A DNA stretch of 29,395 nt from Chlorokybus atmophyticus (GCA_009103225.1 RHPI01000733.1:176160-205554); one strand, 5' to 3'; positions 1 to 10,926 are shown, counted from the first letter of the stretch. Numbers and translations are program-made. The notes: a model not told the origin generated them from the sequence alone.

Positions 1-5
1 GGCAG

Positions 6-923
6 GTGCACCACCTGCAGGAGACGAAACTTGCTCTACAGCAAGCATTCTCAGTTCGTGATCTTGGAGAGGCCAAGTGGTTCCTTGGCATGGTGATTGA
101 GCGCGACAGGGCGGCTCGCACAATCAAGATCAGTCAGGAGCAGATGGTGAGAAGACTCGTCACCAAGTTTGGGCTCACTGAAGCGAAGACCAAGACCACA
201 CCGTTGGCACTTGGCACTGCCCTCATCAAGGCAAAGGATGAGGAGGTACTCGACAAGGCTCAGTATCCATATGGTGAGCTGGTAGGCAGCATGCTCTATC
301 TGGCAGTGTGCACACGTCCCGATGTTGCACATGCTGTGGGAGTACTTGCTCGCTACATGTCTGCACCGAGCATGGAGCACTGGAGAGCAGCAAAGGGAGT
401 ACTACGCTATGTTGCTGGGAGCGCAACAGTTGGCATCAAGTTTGGGAGCGGGAGCACTGAGTTGGAGGGCTACTGCGACTCGGACTTTGCTGGTGACCTC
501 AACAGCAGGAGGTCCACTACAGGCTACGTCTTCAAGCTGAACGGAGGCGTGGTGAGCTGGAACAGCAGGCTGCAGCCAACAACAGCAGCATCTACATCAG
601 AGGCTGAGTACATGGCAGCGGCAGCAGCAGTGAAGGAGGCACTCTGGCTTCGCAAGCTCATGGCAGACTTGGAGCACCCCATGGCGTGCATCGTCATCAA
701 CTGTGACAACCAAGGAGCCATCAAGTTGTTGAAGCACCCTATCGCCTCGGCAAGGACGAAGCACATTGATGTCATGCATCACTTTGTACGTGACAAAGTC
801 ACAAGGAAGGAGGTGGAGTTCCAGTACTGCAACACCGAGGGCATGCTGGCGGACTTCATGACAAAGCCATTGTCACCACTCAAGTTCAAGACTTGTTGTG
901 CAGGACTTGGCATCTGTGTTTGA
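6..923 (+). CDS. pol: Copia Pol C-terminal part (end of RT + RNase H), partial at 5' end
   Basis: Motifs PYGELVGSMLYLAVCTRPD, GYCDSDFAGD, STSEAEY, CDNQGA, TKHIDV, LADFMTKPL; open to the stop at 921-923; closely parallels the C-terminus of ORF 10927-14808. Confidence 0.95.
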   Translation: MHHLQETKLALQQAFSVRDLGEAKWFLGMVIERDRAARTIKISQEQMVRRLVTKFGLTEAKTKTTPLALGTALIKAKDEEVLDKAQYPYGELVGSMLYLAVCTRPDVAHAVGVLARYMSAPSMEHWRAAKGVLRYVAGSATVGIKFGSGSTELEGYCDSDFAGDLNSRRSTTGYVFKLNGGVVSWNSRLQPTTAASTSEAEYMAAAAAVKEALWLRKLMADLEHPMACIVINCDNQGAIKLLKHPIASARTKHIDVMHHFVRDKVTRKEVEFQYCNTEGMLADFMTKPLSPLKFKTCCAGLGICV

Positions 924-956
924 CTACAGGAGCAAGCGTTGGAGGTCAAGCTGCTC

Positions 957-965
957 GCGTGGGAG
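957..965 (+). other. Polypurine tract of copia element A
   Basis: GCGTGGGAG directly before TGTTG; identical to the PPT of the intact copia (reverse complement of 10882-10890). Confidence 0.85.
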
Positions 966-1389
966 TGTTGAGAGTATTCCTACATACGATCAGCATCGAC
1001 CCTCCACACAGGAGTAGAAGGTCGTAAGGACGAGCACTAGGTCCGGACTTAGCAAGATGGCATCGTCGGACCAGACTCCGGACTTCAGACTGGAGCCTTA
1101 CTAACTGCTTCGTATCTCCGCGTATACTTACTCATATTAGACGTGTGAGAGCTTGTTGGAAAGCTCTGGTTGTAAGGAAGACAACGCAGCTTAGAGCGCG
1201 TCAAAAGGCTGAGTATAGCTTACGCAGTGCTTGCAAACGTAGACGTGTGTGTAACTGGCTGGTATAAGAACCAGCGGACAACTTGTAATAGATGAATGTG
1301 ATGTGACTTGTGTATGCTCTGGTGGTGGTAGCTCTGTCCGTGTGTATCCATGCTTGCCTCAACTACATGTGCATGCTAGTCCACCAACA
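966..1389 (+). repeat. 3' LTR of copia element A (424 bp)
   Basis: Starts TGTTGAGAG and ends CCACCAACA (5-bp terminal inverted repeat). TATA-like GGTATAAG at ~1261 is followed by TGTAA at ~1284. The partner LTR is outside the window. Confidence 0.85.
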
Positions 1390-2065
1390 GAATTACCGGT
1401 GGTAATGTGCGAAAATTGGTACAAGGCCTAGCCCTAGAATTAGCTGAGACTTGTTCAGAAGGAGGGGAGCCCGTCACAACCTCCAACTGTGCCTTGTGCT
1501 TGTGTGGAGGAACTACAGGGTTGGCGGGAGCTGTGGGGGCTGTTAAAGAGGGCGTTACCCGCCTGTTTTGGTTGTTGGTGCTGACATGAAGGGTGGAGGG
1601 TTTGAGGTTTGAAGTTGAGTGAATGTTGTATATGTTGAAGTAGAGGGTTGGGGGGTGGTCAAGACTCCACTTGGTGAACCTCCATGGTTGTCATCTTGGT
1701 GGATGAAAGCAGCATCCACCGTCGCCGCCTTTTGTTGCCAACATTGCTACAGACGGCAAAATGAATCAAAACTGTTTTATTTCGTGAATCACGAAATAAA
1801 TCAATGGCAAGTCGCCGCCTGGCTGCAAACGGCGGCGTGGGAGGAGGCTGAAGGATGGGATGGGGAAGCTAGGTGTAAGGAGAGGGGTTGCTACCTCCTC
1901 CTTTTTATCCCCTACCCCAACACCGCCACCAGCCACGACGCCGTCACCACCGCCGCCAGAGCAACCGCCGAAATGGAAGATCCCCTGGCTATGGGGGCCG
2001 CTGCGTTGGCAGCGCCGCCATATAGCTGATATTGGCATGAGACTTATGACACATGTCGATATCAG

Positions 2066-2217
2066 TGTTACAGATAAGTAACATTACATTAGGGCCTTAA
2101 CATTAGGTTAACGGCCTCAATACGGATTAATTGGCTGTTTATACTCGTTGGGTTTGGGACCCTTATTTAAGCCAAAATAAGGGCAGGGAACCTCTATAAA
2201 GGTAGCAATCTGTTACA
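2066..2217 (-). repeat. Candidate 3' LTR of the chromovirus (152 bp)
   Basis: On the minus strand it reads TGTAACAGAT...ATCTGTAACA (10-bp inverted repeat, 1 mismatch). It starts right after the PPT and contains GTATAAA followed by TGTAA. No second copy is available to confirm the distal boundary. Confidence 0.65.
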
Positions 2218-2236
2218 TCCCCCCCCACCCCACCCA
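2218..2236 (-). other. Polypurine tract of the chromovirus
   Basis: Minus strand is a G-rich tract (TGGGTGGGGT + G-run + A) abutting TGTAACA. Confidence 0.85.
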
Positions 2237-2349
2237 CTTAGGTTTTAATGTCCTTATTGAAGGGTTAGCAAAGCCCCACTATAAGCATTCAAAATAAAAA
2301 CAGTGCGAAAAACAGGGCCGAAGCGGTAGAGATGTCTGCCAGCACCCTT

Positions 2350-4970
2350 TTACCATCCGCGTGTGGGCACACCACTCAAGTACCCCCGAAAAAACTCTTG
2401 GCAGTTGGTAAGATTACTTTCGGGCTCCCACGTGTTGTGCTCAACACCATACCCTTTCCATTCACCAAGTAAGATGGCGCATATCCGCGTCGTGGCTTAC
2501 GGTGACTCATAATTGCTTCCACCTCATACTCGAAAGTATCGTCGCCATCCACTGCAATGGGATGTGGAGGAGGTTGAACCCGACCGTCAGAACGGTATGG
2601 TCTCAGTACACTCACATAAAACACATTGTGAATACGTATCGACTTCGGCAAGTTCAAACGATACGCGCGAGTGCCGACTCGATCAATTACTATGAAAGGG
2701 CCTATCCAGCGAGGAAAACACTTTCGGGTACCCATTCCCTTGATGGATATGTTTTGGGTATTCAGAAGTACTGAACAACCCGCAGCGTAGTTGGCCTCTC
2801 TACGATGCGCATCAGCTTGGGCTTTGTGTCTGTCTTGCGCTGCGCGCACACAGTCCTTTGCCTATGTTAACATATCCTGCAGAGCCGAAGCCATCTCTCG
2901 CGCTGCAGGTACGCGAGTTACGTCAGTAGCGAGCAACTTGAAGTTCGCAGGACTTAGTGGATGCACTCCGTAATTCAAGAGAAGTGGGGTTTCCTGCACA
3001 CTCTCTTGCCATGCATTACTAATCGCGAACTCGCCATTGAAAGATAGACATCCCAATTACTCTGATTCGGACTCACATAATGCCGGATGGTTTCCTCAAT
3101 AACTTGATTGGCGCGTTGTCTGACCATCCGTCTGCGGATGATAAGCTGTGCTCATATTTCGTTAAGTCTGTAAGAAGCTGCATAGCGACTTCCAGAACTA
3201 AGCTACAAACCGCGCATCACAAATTGACACAAAGTTGTGAGGCAAGCCATGCAACTTAAACAAAGATGCGACAAAAACCATAGCTAACTCACGGGAGCCT
3301 ACCTACGTGCGACAAGGGACAATGTGATCCATTTTGGTTAAGCGGTCCACAAAAACTGCAACCGCAGTGTGATCTAATGTTGTCTGTGGGAGTGCAGTCA
3401 TTAGGTCCATACTCACCCTTTCCCATTTGCCATCAGGAACAGGCAATGGTCGCAGCAACTCAGCGGGTTTCAGACGTGGCGGTTTGTCACGCTGACATGT
3501 GTCACACGTGCTCACATAATGCTTTGCGTCAACAAGCACCGATGGCCACCAAAACAACTGTTCCGCTGCCTTAACAGTCTTGCCAAAGTGCCCAGCATAT
3601 GGATCGTGTAAATCAGCTATGCATTTCGTACGCAACCCGGCATGGTTAGGTATCACCAAGCTGGTGCCCACGTAACACAAGTAGTCTCGTTGGTCAAGCT
3701 TTTGCGTGTGCTCTTATGAAGAGAACCATGAGTCTGAAGTATAATACCCTTGCACAACAGCTTGCACAAATTCATCATCCGGAGACAATGTACCGCGCGT
3801 TGCAAGCAATTGCGCACACGTAACTGCCAACAATCACGGACATCGACTTAGAGGATCAGCAACATTAGTTCTGCCTGGCCGGTATACCCATTTTAAAATA
3901 AACTGCGTCGAAAACTCATTCCAGCGAGCTTGTCTATGTGAGAAGTTTTGTTGTGTCGAGAAGTACACCAACGGGTTATGATCAGTCACCATTGTGAACT
4001 AAACCCCCTCCAAGTAACATCGCCATATTTCCAGAGCATGTACTATACCAAGCAACTCTTGCTCAGTGGTAGTGTAGTTCACCTCTGCTGGGATGCACTT
4101 CCTACTCTCATAAGCACAGGGTCTGCCATCTTGCAAGAGACCTGCACCACACCCAAGGGTGGACGCAGCGCTAACCACAGTGAAGTGCTTGTCCCAATTC
4201 GGCAATGCCAAAACTGCAACCGAAGTCAAAGTCAGCTTCCCCTGTTGCATAGCAGCTTCTTGTTCCGCTGTCCACAAGAATGGAGCATCTTGTCGCAATA
4301 GCTTTGTTAAGGGCACCACAATCGTAGAGTACCCCATCATAAACTTGCGAAAGTAGTTTGCCAACCCCCAGGATGATTGCAGCTGATGTGTATTCTTGGG
4401 TTGAGTCCAATCGCTTACAGCTTGCACTTTGCGAGGGTCAGGTTTGACACCCGCATCGCTCACAATGTGCCCCAAGATTGGCAACTCTGTTTTGCAAGAA
4501 TCACACTTTGCAAGATTGGCAAACAAGCGATGTGTTCGCAGTAAGGCAAACACCGCTTCCAAGTGCTGCTTATGCTCTTCTTTGGGTTTTATTAAAGACA
4601 ATCATGTCATCCAAGCAAACCGTAACATACTTGCCAAGTATGCCACCAAAGATCTTATTCATTTCCTTCTGAAACACTGCGGGCGCATTAGTCAGTTTAA
4701 ATGGTAAAACTTTGTACTGATAATGACCTAAAGGTGTTTGGAAATGCAATCTTGCAAACATCACAAGGATGAATCCGGATTTGATAATACCCACTTGTCA
4801 AGTCCAGCATACTAAAGTACGCATTTCCCCAACAGTTTATCAAACACATCATCAATCCGGAGTAACGGGTATCGATTCTTTATCATGATCTTGTTTAACG
4901 CACGGTAATCTACACACATGCGCAGCTTTCCATTCTTTTCCATAACAAACAAGATGGGCGCGCCAAAGGC
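2350..4970 (-). pseudogene. pol: Frameshifted gypsy pol: RT-RNase H-integrase-chromodomain
   Basis: RT: [37 protein letters not shown] (YLDD variant), PILGHIVS. RNase H: AYESRK..YTTTEQELLGIVHAL. Integrase: HDPYAGHFG..CDTCQ, SMDLMTALP, VFVDRLTKM, PRWIGPF..HNVFYVSVLRPY. Chromodomain YEVEAI..YLV(K)WKGYGVEHNTWEPESNL after one frameshift at ~2460. Confidence 0.92.
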
Positions 4971-5614
4971 ATCCCACGCTGCTGCACCGCCCAGCGTCAA
5001 GTTAGTCAGTCAACCCTGCAACCCACCTGCGACAGTGGATACAACATTGCAAGTACAAGCTAGTGTTTGGGGATGTTGAGATGGTTGCTATTTCTGTGAG
5101 CTGTTGACACATTCACATGAGGCATGCGTGCACGTCAGTGTCGGAACAGTTTTTTGCGAGCCAACTGTTGGTGGTTGCGAGACGGTCGAGACAAGTACTG
5201 TCTGCATGTGAAGCATGTGCAAATCTGTAGGTCATATGATGGCAACAACAACAACAACGACAACACAACTTAATGCATGTACATGTCATGCTATTCTAGC
5301 TGAAGTAAAGTCACAAGGCGTTAGAAGCACAGCAACAATGTCGACGAATTATCACCCACCATGCAACCATGTACCTGGGTTGCCCCAACCGGCGCTCATC
5401 ACCCGCACGCCCGCTTATTTCGTCTACCTCATGACACACGAATATAGCATGTGAGGCGTGCAGCTACAACCCCATCCTATAACGTGCACACGTGTGGTGC
5501 AGATAACAATGCTGTTGTTGGCCAAGTATCACCTATCAGCAGATGGCAAACAGCGCAAATTTTGCCATACTTGCAGGTGCCATGAAATAGAACAGGTTTC
5601 AGCCTGCTCTATTT

Positions 5615-6883
5615 CTACCATGACCATGACAATTTACAGGCGCTTATCACTCCTGTCTGTCTTGGAGGGCCTTCACTTTGTTTTATTACTAGAAAGGTGC
5701 GGTGCCTGCCCTCTTGCAGCATGTTATTGTCGAAAGGTACAGTCGCTGTGCTGGGGCGGTTGAGCTTTGTTGCATCACTTGCAAGCACCCGTGTGAGCGC
5801 GGCATCAGCCTCGCCATACTCGTTTTCATTTTTCAACAAGTTTGCCAAGAATTCGAGGGACACGTCCAGCATTAAAGCCAGGTGCTTGAGGACGGCAGCG
5901 GTTACGGGGTGGTCTCAGCCCAGCTTCTTCTTAAAATCTACAAGCGCTCGTCAGAGCTCCGGAAGCGCCACCAGACTGTTGCACCCGTTCAGGCTCAACT
6001 CTTACAGAGCAGCCAGCTCACTGAAGGAATTCGGCAGACCCACCAAGGTGACACACTTGGATAGGTCCAGCTTTTGCAGAGTAGCGAGCTTACCGAAGGA
6101 CACCAGTAGCGCAAGTAGTAGTACGAGGATAGGTCCAGCTGTTGCAGAGCAGCGAGCTCATAAAAAGACTTCGGCAGCGCCGCTAAGCCGATACACTTGA
6201 ATAGGTCTAGCTTTTGCAGTTTTGGCGAGATTGCCAAAGGACTTCGGTAGCACCTTTAAGCTGCCGCACCTGCTCAGGTAAAGCTCATGCAGAGCAGCCA
6301 GCTTGCTAAAGGAGTCTGGCAGACCCGCCAAGCAGCAGCACCCGCTCAGGTTACATAGTCGCAGGGCAGCAAGCTTGCCAAAGGAATCCGGCAACGCCTT
6401 GAATAAGCGGCAATTGAGGATCAGCGTTTGCAGAGCCGTGTGATCTCTAAAAGACTCAGGGAGCGTACTAAAACCCATGTGATCGAGGACTAGAGTTTGT
6501 AGCATAGCGAGCCCGCCATACGCTTCAGGCAGCTCTTTCAACTCGTAACAGCCGCGCAGCACCGAGATCTGCAGCGCCTTGAGGTTGCAGAAAGATTCAG
6601 CCAGCAGCACTGAGACATCAACATTGGAGGTGGTTTGTCCTATAATTAGGACGACCAATTGTGTGCACGCCGCAACATTATGCGATAAAGCGCTCAAAGC
6701 TGCACAACACGGACGCTGCCACTCCAAGTATACTAGCTTTGCAGGGACTCCGTTGGGAAATGTGCCATTCCAACCAGTTGTGAAGTAAAGGTCTAGCAAG
6801 CGGAGATGAGGCATGAAGGGCATGCCATGCAATGTTTCGCTGCAGTTGTCATCCAAAGACATGGTCTCAATGAGTTCGTAGTC
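5615..6883 (-). pseudogene. NLR-like leucine-rich-repeat exon with in-frame C-terminal TPR-like segment
   Basis: Acceptor CTGAACGCAG at 6884-6893. About 9 repeats of ~24 aa (SFxxLxxLxxLxLxxCxxLxxLP) with frameshifts near ~6210 and ~6110 and in-frame stops. Continues as EL*RALVDFKKKLG*DHPVTAAVLKHLA...ENEYGEADAALTRVL. Confidence 0.8.
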
Positions 6884-6986
6884 CTGCGTTCAGCAGCATT
6901 TGTTCATGTTGAAGCAACATCCTTGATGTAACATGCATATTGTAACAACGTTTTCAAGCTGCCAACTCCAGTGAATGCATGCATGC

Positions 6987-7137
6987 TGTCACAACCCACT
7001 CGACCATACAAGACTGGGTGCTTTTATGGTCGATTTGTGGTAATGTCATAGCCCACTCGACTTTAAAAGACTTGGTGCTTTTATGGTCGATTTGGGGTAA
7101 TTTAATGTACCTTCCCGTTACATTCCCCCCCACTTAA
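6987..7137 (-). mobile_element. 3' tip of another gypsy element: PPT plus LTR start containing a 57-bp tandem duplication
   Basis: Minus strand GAGGACGTCAGCGTTCTTAAGTGGGGGGGAA|TGTAACGGG is a typical gypsy PPT/LTR junction. Plus-strand units 6987-7043 and 7044-7100 are near-copies. The distal LTR boundary is uncertain (6941 or 6987). Confidence 0.6.
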
Positions 7138-7369
7138 GAACGCTGACGTCCTCGGCAGCTGGCTCCCGTCATCTGGGGAATCATCCCTGGGGTCTGAGTA
7201 GGGTCGGTCACCGGCCCCACCACCCAAGGACCGGCCAGGCCCATACCGGTCAACGCGCGCATAGCGCACTGCTGCCGGTCCCAAAGGTTGCATTGCGACA
7301 GGCAGGTCGCGCCCCCCCGCGCCGACTGAACGCCGGCACGACTGCCATTAGGCAAGTCGCAACCCATCA

Positions 7370-8246
7370 ATGATAGCACTTATGACCGTTTACGATGCTA
7401 TTGGATCGAGAAGCAACGACCGCGGAATTCGTGTGCAAGGCATGAATGTGCAAACCCGGGTCTCAAGCTCCGACACNGTAGTATATGTCAATGAGTTGGA
7501 TGCCACCCTGAGCGAGTCGACGCGCCTGACCCTGAACTACAGTTGGCCCGTTGGCTACACGCTCAAGGAATCTTTCGAGACTGCACAAGCCATCCAAGCG
7601 CTTGGTGTATGAGAATGCAGTGTTGGACATCAACCGCAGCGCCTCACGGCCTGTAGCAAGCACAACTGCCGAGCCCCCTCGCCGCGAACATGGCCGGGAC
7701 ACTCCACCAGCACGCTACAATTGGAAACGGTCAGCGCATATTGCTTTGCCTGCCCCTGTGCTATGTCATCGCTGTGGACGGCATGGGCACTACCAAAAGG
7801 AGTGCACCGAAGAGTACTCAACTCTGGTCTGCGACTACTGTCACAAGACAGGCCACTTACAGACAGTCTGCTGGCTCAAGTTCCCTGAGTTGAGACCCGC
7901 CAACAACTACAACGGCAACAACTCTAGTGGCTACAACAGCAACAACACTGAAGGCCACAACTCTGCTGGCTACAACAGCAACTATACCGGAGGCCTTAAC
8001 AACACCAACAACTACGCCGACGCTTGCAAGGAAGAGCAAGGCTACAGGGGGAAGAATCGCCCTCCTCAGCGCAAGAGACTTGAAGAACGTCCGCGCACTG
8101 CTGCTGTTGCCGCCAAGGCTTCAGCCAACCCGCCAGCTGATGACCATATGGCTGCCCTCATGGCGCGTATGGCACGCTTGGCGGGAAAAAAAGAGCAGGA
8201 CTACCGCGCCTGCTACTCTGCCCGTTGGGCACTGATGGCTCCATAG
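7370..8246 (+). pseudogene. gag: Gag-like region with two zinc knuckles
   Basis: CHRCGRHGHYQKEC and CDYCHKTGHLQTVC (both CX2CX4HX4C) in ORF 7551-8246, followed by an Asn/Gly/Tyr-rich repeat. Apparent frameshift near 7600. Confidence 0.75.
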
Positions 8247-10220
8247 CGCACGAGAGACACCAGTACTCCGTCACGTATTTAATCATTCCGACGGGTTTGA
8301 GGGGAAGCCGCAACGTCGTCAGCAGCTACCTCCTTCAAAGCCACCAGGGGTGGTGCACCAGCAGCAACAGCTACACCGGCTACGACGTCGAATCCTTCAA
8401 CGTCCGTTGCAACTACTCCAGTTGCACCAGAAGTTGGTACATCAGCCAGCGCCATGACGCAAACACGGGGGAGCACGTTGGCGACAGCCACTGCTGTCAC
8501 TGACCTTGCAGCAATAAGTCGCACGAGTCCCGCGCCAATTACAGGACCACCTGTGTCAACGAGCGTCGAGACCACTCTCGCGCCACTGAGCGGCACTCTC
8601 GCCACCACCGGCAATGCCATCGTCGAGCCCGCTGCCACTGTAGCGACACACGCAGCTACATTGCCCGCTGTCGACGTCACTCAAGCTGCCCCGCGAGGTC
8701 AGCTGAGCGTGCATGGGCGATCATCATGCGTGGAGCAGATCCCACTACCATTGCTTTTGGGCGCGAAGGGGAGCGCACAACACGCATTGAACGCAGAGAC
8801 CGAGTCTTCTCATTGCCTGAATATCACACCCTGCCAGAACAGACTCAGCAACAATTAGAAGATGAAATGCTCGCCGGCACGGCGCCTCCCATGCGAGATC
8901 GCGTCTTCGTGGTCAGATTACCTGTTGTACTGGAGTTGGCACTACGACTGTTTTGGACTCTGCATAACGATATGCAGACTACGCCACGCTAGCCCGCACC
9001 AGTCCGTCATGAACCCTTTGAGCCAAGCCCGCTGGACATGTATTCAGACCAGCAACCCAACGTATAGCAGCACATCGCTGGTACAGCCGACATACCTCTG
9101 GGTGACAACGAAGCACTGAGACCCCTCAGTGCCGTTCGGCTTCATGAGCGCTACATCGCTCTGGAATAGGCGTGCACCTGGCGACAGGACCAAATGGCAG
9201 CAATCGATGCAAGAGCGCAAGCCCTTGCCGCTGCTCGCGCTCTCGTTCTTCAACCAACAGTCGCTGGCCCATCATCCAGCACAACAACTCTCGCTGGTGA
9301 GCCCAACAATGACCAGGCGAGGGCACTGGCCCAACAAACCAGGGGGTGATCGCCCCGATGCTACCCCCCTTGGAAGGATTGCCTGACGATCAACGAGATC
9401 CAGGGAGAGGCTACCTCGCACCACAAGGGTGTACACAATGGGATGGAGCAGGCTTGATCAAAGAACAGCAACTTCACACAGCCCTGTTGCGACAAACAAC
9501 CATGCTGCATCGATAAGAAGACATTGGCCTGAGACGGATGTTGGGGATGCGAGAAGGTGGTAATGCAGCTCGAGCAAGACTGGTGACTTGGCTAGTCACC
9601 AATCACCCCGCAGCCTCCCTGTTCGCACTCAGCACCGAATTGTTTTGGGTTGGACGCCTTCCTGAGCTCGCTACGGCAAGCCTATGACGAGGTTGCCTCG
9701 ACAGCCACTGACACCTTAAAAGAAGCGCAAGAGGCCATACTCAGGTTGCCAGGGGTGGAAGCTGTGCGACAACGCCGACGCATCGCAGCTCCTTTGGATG
9801 ACAAGGATGGAGAGGTTTAAAGATATCTGCCTCCCGAGCTGGTGGCTCGCACTCGCTCTCACCGAAGGTCAGCTGCAGCAGCCACCTACAGGTCGTTGTC
9901 GACAACCATTCACAGGTCAGCTGCAGCAGCCACCCACAGGTCGGTTTCAAGAACCACTAACAAATCAGCTGCGGTGGTCACCCACAACTTTGACCAAGAC
10001 TCTCCTATCCCATACGACGAGTCTCAGGAAGATGCCACTGAATAAGTGGCCCACCCAAAACCAGCGAAAAGCCGCTGGCGCGCACAGGTGGTCGCGGAAT
10101 CTACTACTGACAAGACCACGGCTCACTTCACAATTCCCTCTCTATGAGGACCAAGCTGCGGTCCAGGAGCAACACCAAGTGGCCGTTAGAGTAGTGGAGT
10201 TTCACGTATTCCGTCGATAA

Positions 10221-10479
10221 CAAGGCATCACCGCGGAACTATTTGGAGGAATATGTAGTGGCCTCGCCGCTGTCCTTTACACTGGCGCGACGGTCACCAA
10301 GTAATTCTACTACTGTGACCCTGGTCCACATGCACAGATTGCCCTGGGCCACCACCTGTGCCACCTATAGATATGCTACCCGCTGCGACTGCCGCTGTTG
10401 GCATGACAAGGCAGTTTGAAGGCACTGCTAAAGGACATCCGTTTAAACACTAAGGATCACCTCCTGGCGGTGGGCAACA
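10221..10479 (+). pseudogene. C5-cytosine DNA methyltransferase, N-terminal part (motifs I-III)
   Basis: Reading through stops in the frame of ORF 9798: QGITAELFGRICSGLAAVLYTGATVTK*FYYCDP...ALLKDIRLNTKDHLLAVGN. ELFGxxxxG at 10236-10262 is motif I-like, YYCD is motif II-like and KDI is motif III-like. Confidence 0.75.
10475..10479. repeat. Target-site duplication CAACA (left copy; right copy 15534-15538)
   Basis: The same 5 bp flank both LTRs; removing the element plus one copy restores the methyltransferase reading frame. Confidence 0.93.
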
Positions 10480-10881
10480 TGTTGAGAAGCAAGCATGCAA
10501 GTGAAGAGGGCAAGCAATGACACACAGGAGAAGGCAACACACTTCCCAATTTATTACCAACAAACTGCGGGGTTATATACCCGCCAGTTAGTACACAGTT
10601 TGTACACACTGCTGGTCTAAACGCAACAGCGTCCGATCTACTGAACCGAATCCTACGCTGTAAGATGTGACACGTAGCTAACTTGACAAGCTTTCCAACA
10701 AGCTATGCCACGTCCCAAATGACTGAGTATTCTAGGAGATATGACGATTCTCCTAGAACCCTTCTCTGCAGTCCGCGCCAGGACCTTTATGTCCGGAGTC
10801 TTCGAGGTCCTCCCATCGAGGTCCCTTCTCTTCTCTCTTGTATGCAGGGCAGGCTGACCGGATGTAGGAATATCTTCAACA
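10480..10881 (-). repeat. 3' LTR of intact copia (402 bp)
   Basis: Direct repeat of 15132-15533 with 4 substitutions by manual alignment; ends TGTTG...CAACA. Confidence 0.97.
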
Positions 10882-10890
10882 CTCCCACGC
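10882..10890 (-). other. Polypurine tract of intact copia
   Basis: GCGTGGGAG on the element strand abutting the 3' LTR. Confidence 0.85.
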
Positions 10891-10926
10891 GGGCAGCTTG
10901 GCCTCCAACGCTTGGTCTTCTTTCAA

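Larger units (their letters stand above)
1..1389 (+). mobile_element. Ty1/copia LTR retrotransposon, 3' portion (5' part outside window)
   Basis: Copia RT C-terminus/RNase H ORF, then purine-rich PPT GCGTGGGAG (957-965), then LTR TGTTG...CAACA (966-1389). Confidence 0.95.
2066..4985 (-). mobile_element. Degenerate Ty3/gypsy chromovirus, 5'-truncated (no gag or 5' LTR seen)
   Basis: Minus-strand RT, RNase H, integrase and chromodomain remnants in gypsy order, then a PPT and a TG...CA LTR candidate. Similarity stops abruptly near FGAPILFV (~4970). Confidence 0.9.

Noticed and set aside
1392-1406. Hairpin ATTACC-GGT-GGTAAT containing ACCGGTG, as partner TIR for 18696
   Set aside because: The match is only ~7 bp and lies on the wrong side to pair with the 18696 end; a 6-bp stem is expected by chance.
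1407-2060. Short ORFs between copia A and the chromovirus LTR
   Set aside because: No recognisable motifs on either strand; possibly another decayed element but not supportable.
8279-8858. Ala/Thr/Val-rich ORFs on both strands (8279-8680 -, 8454-8858 +), including a VDTGG string
   Set aside because: Low-complexity GC-rich sequence stays open easily; the DTG is antisense to the element and lacks protease context.
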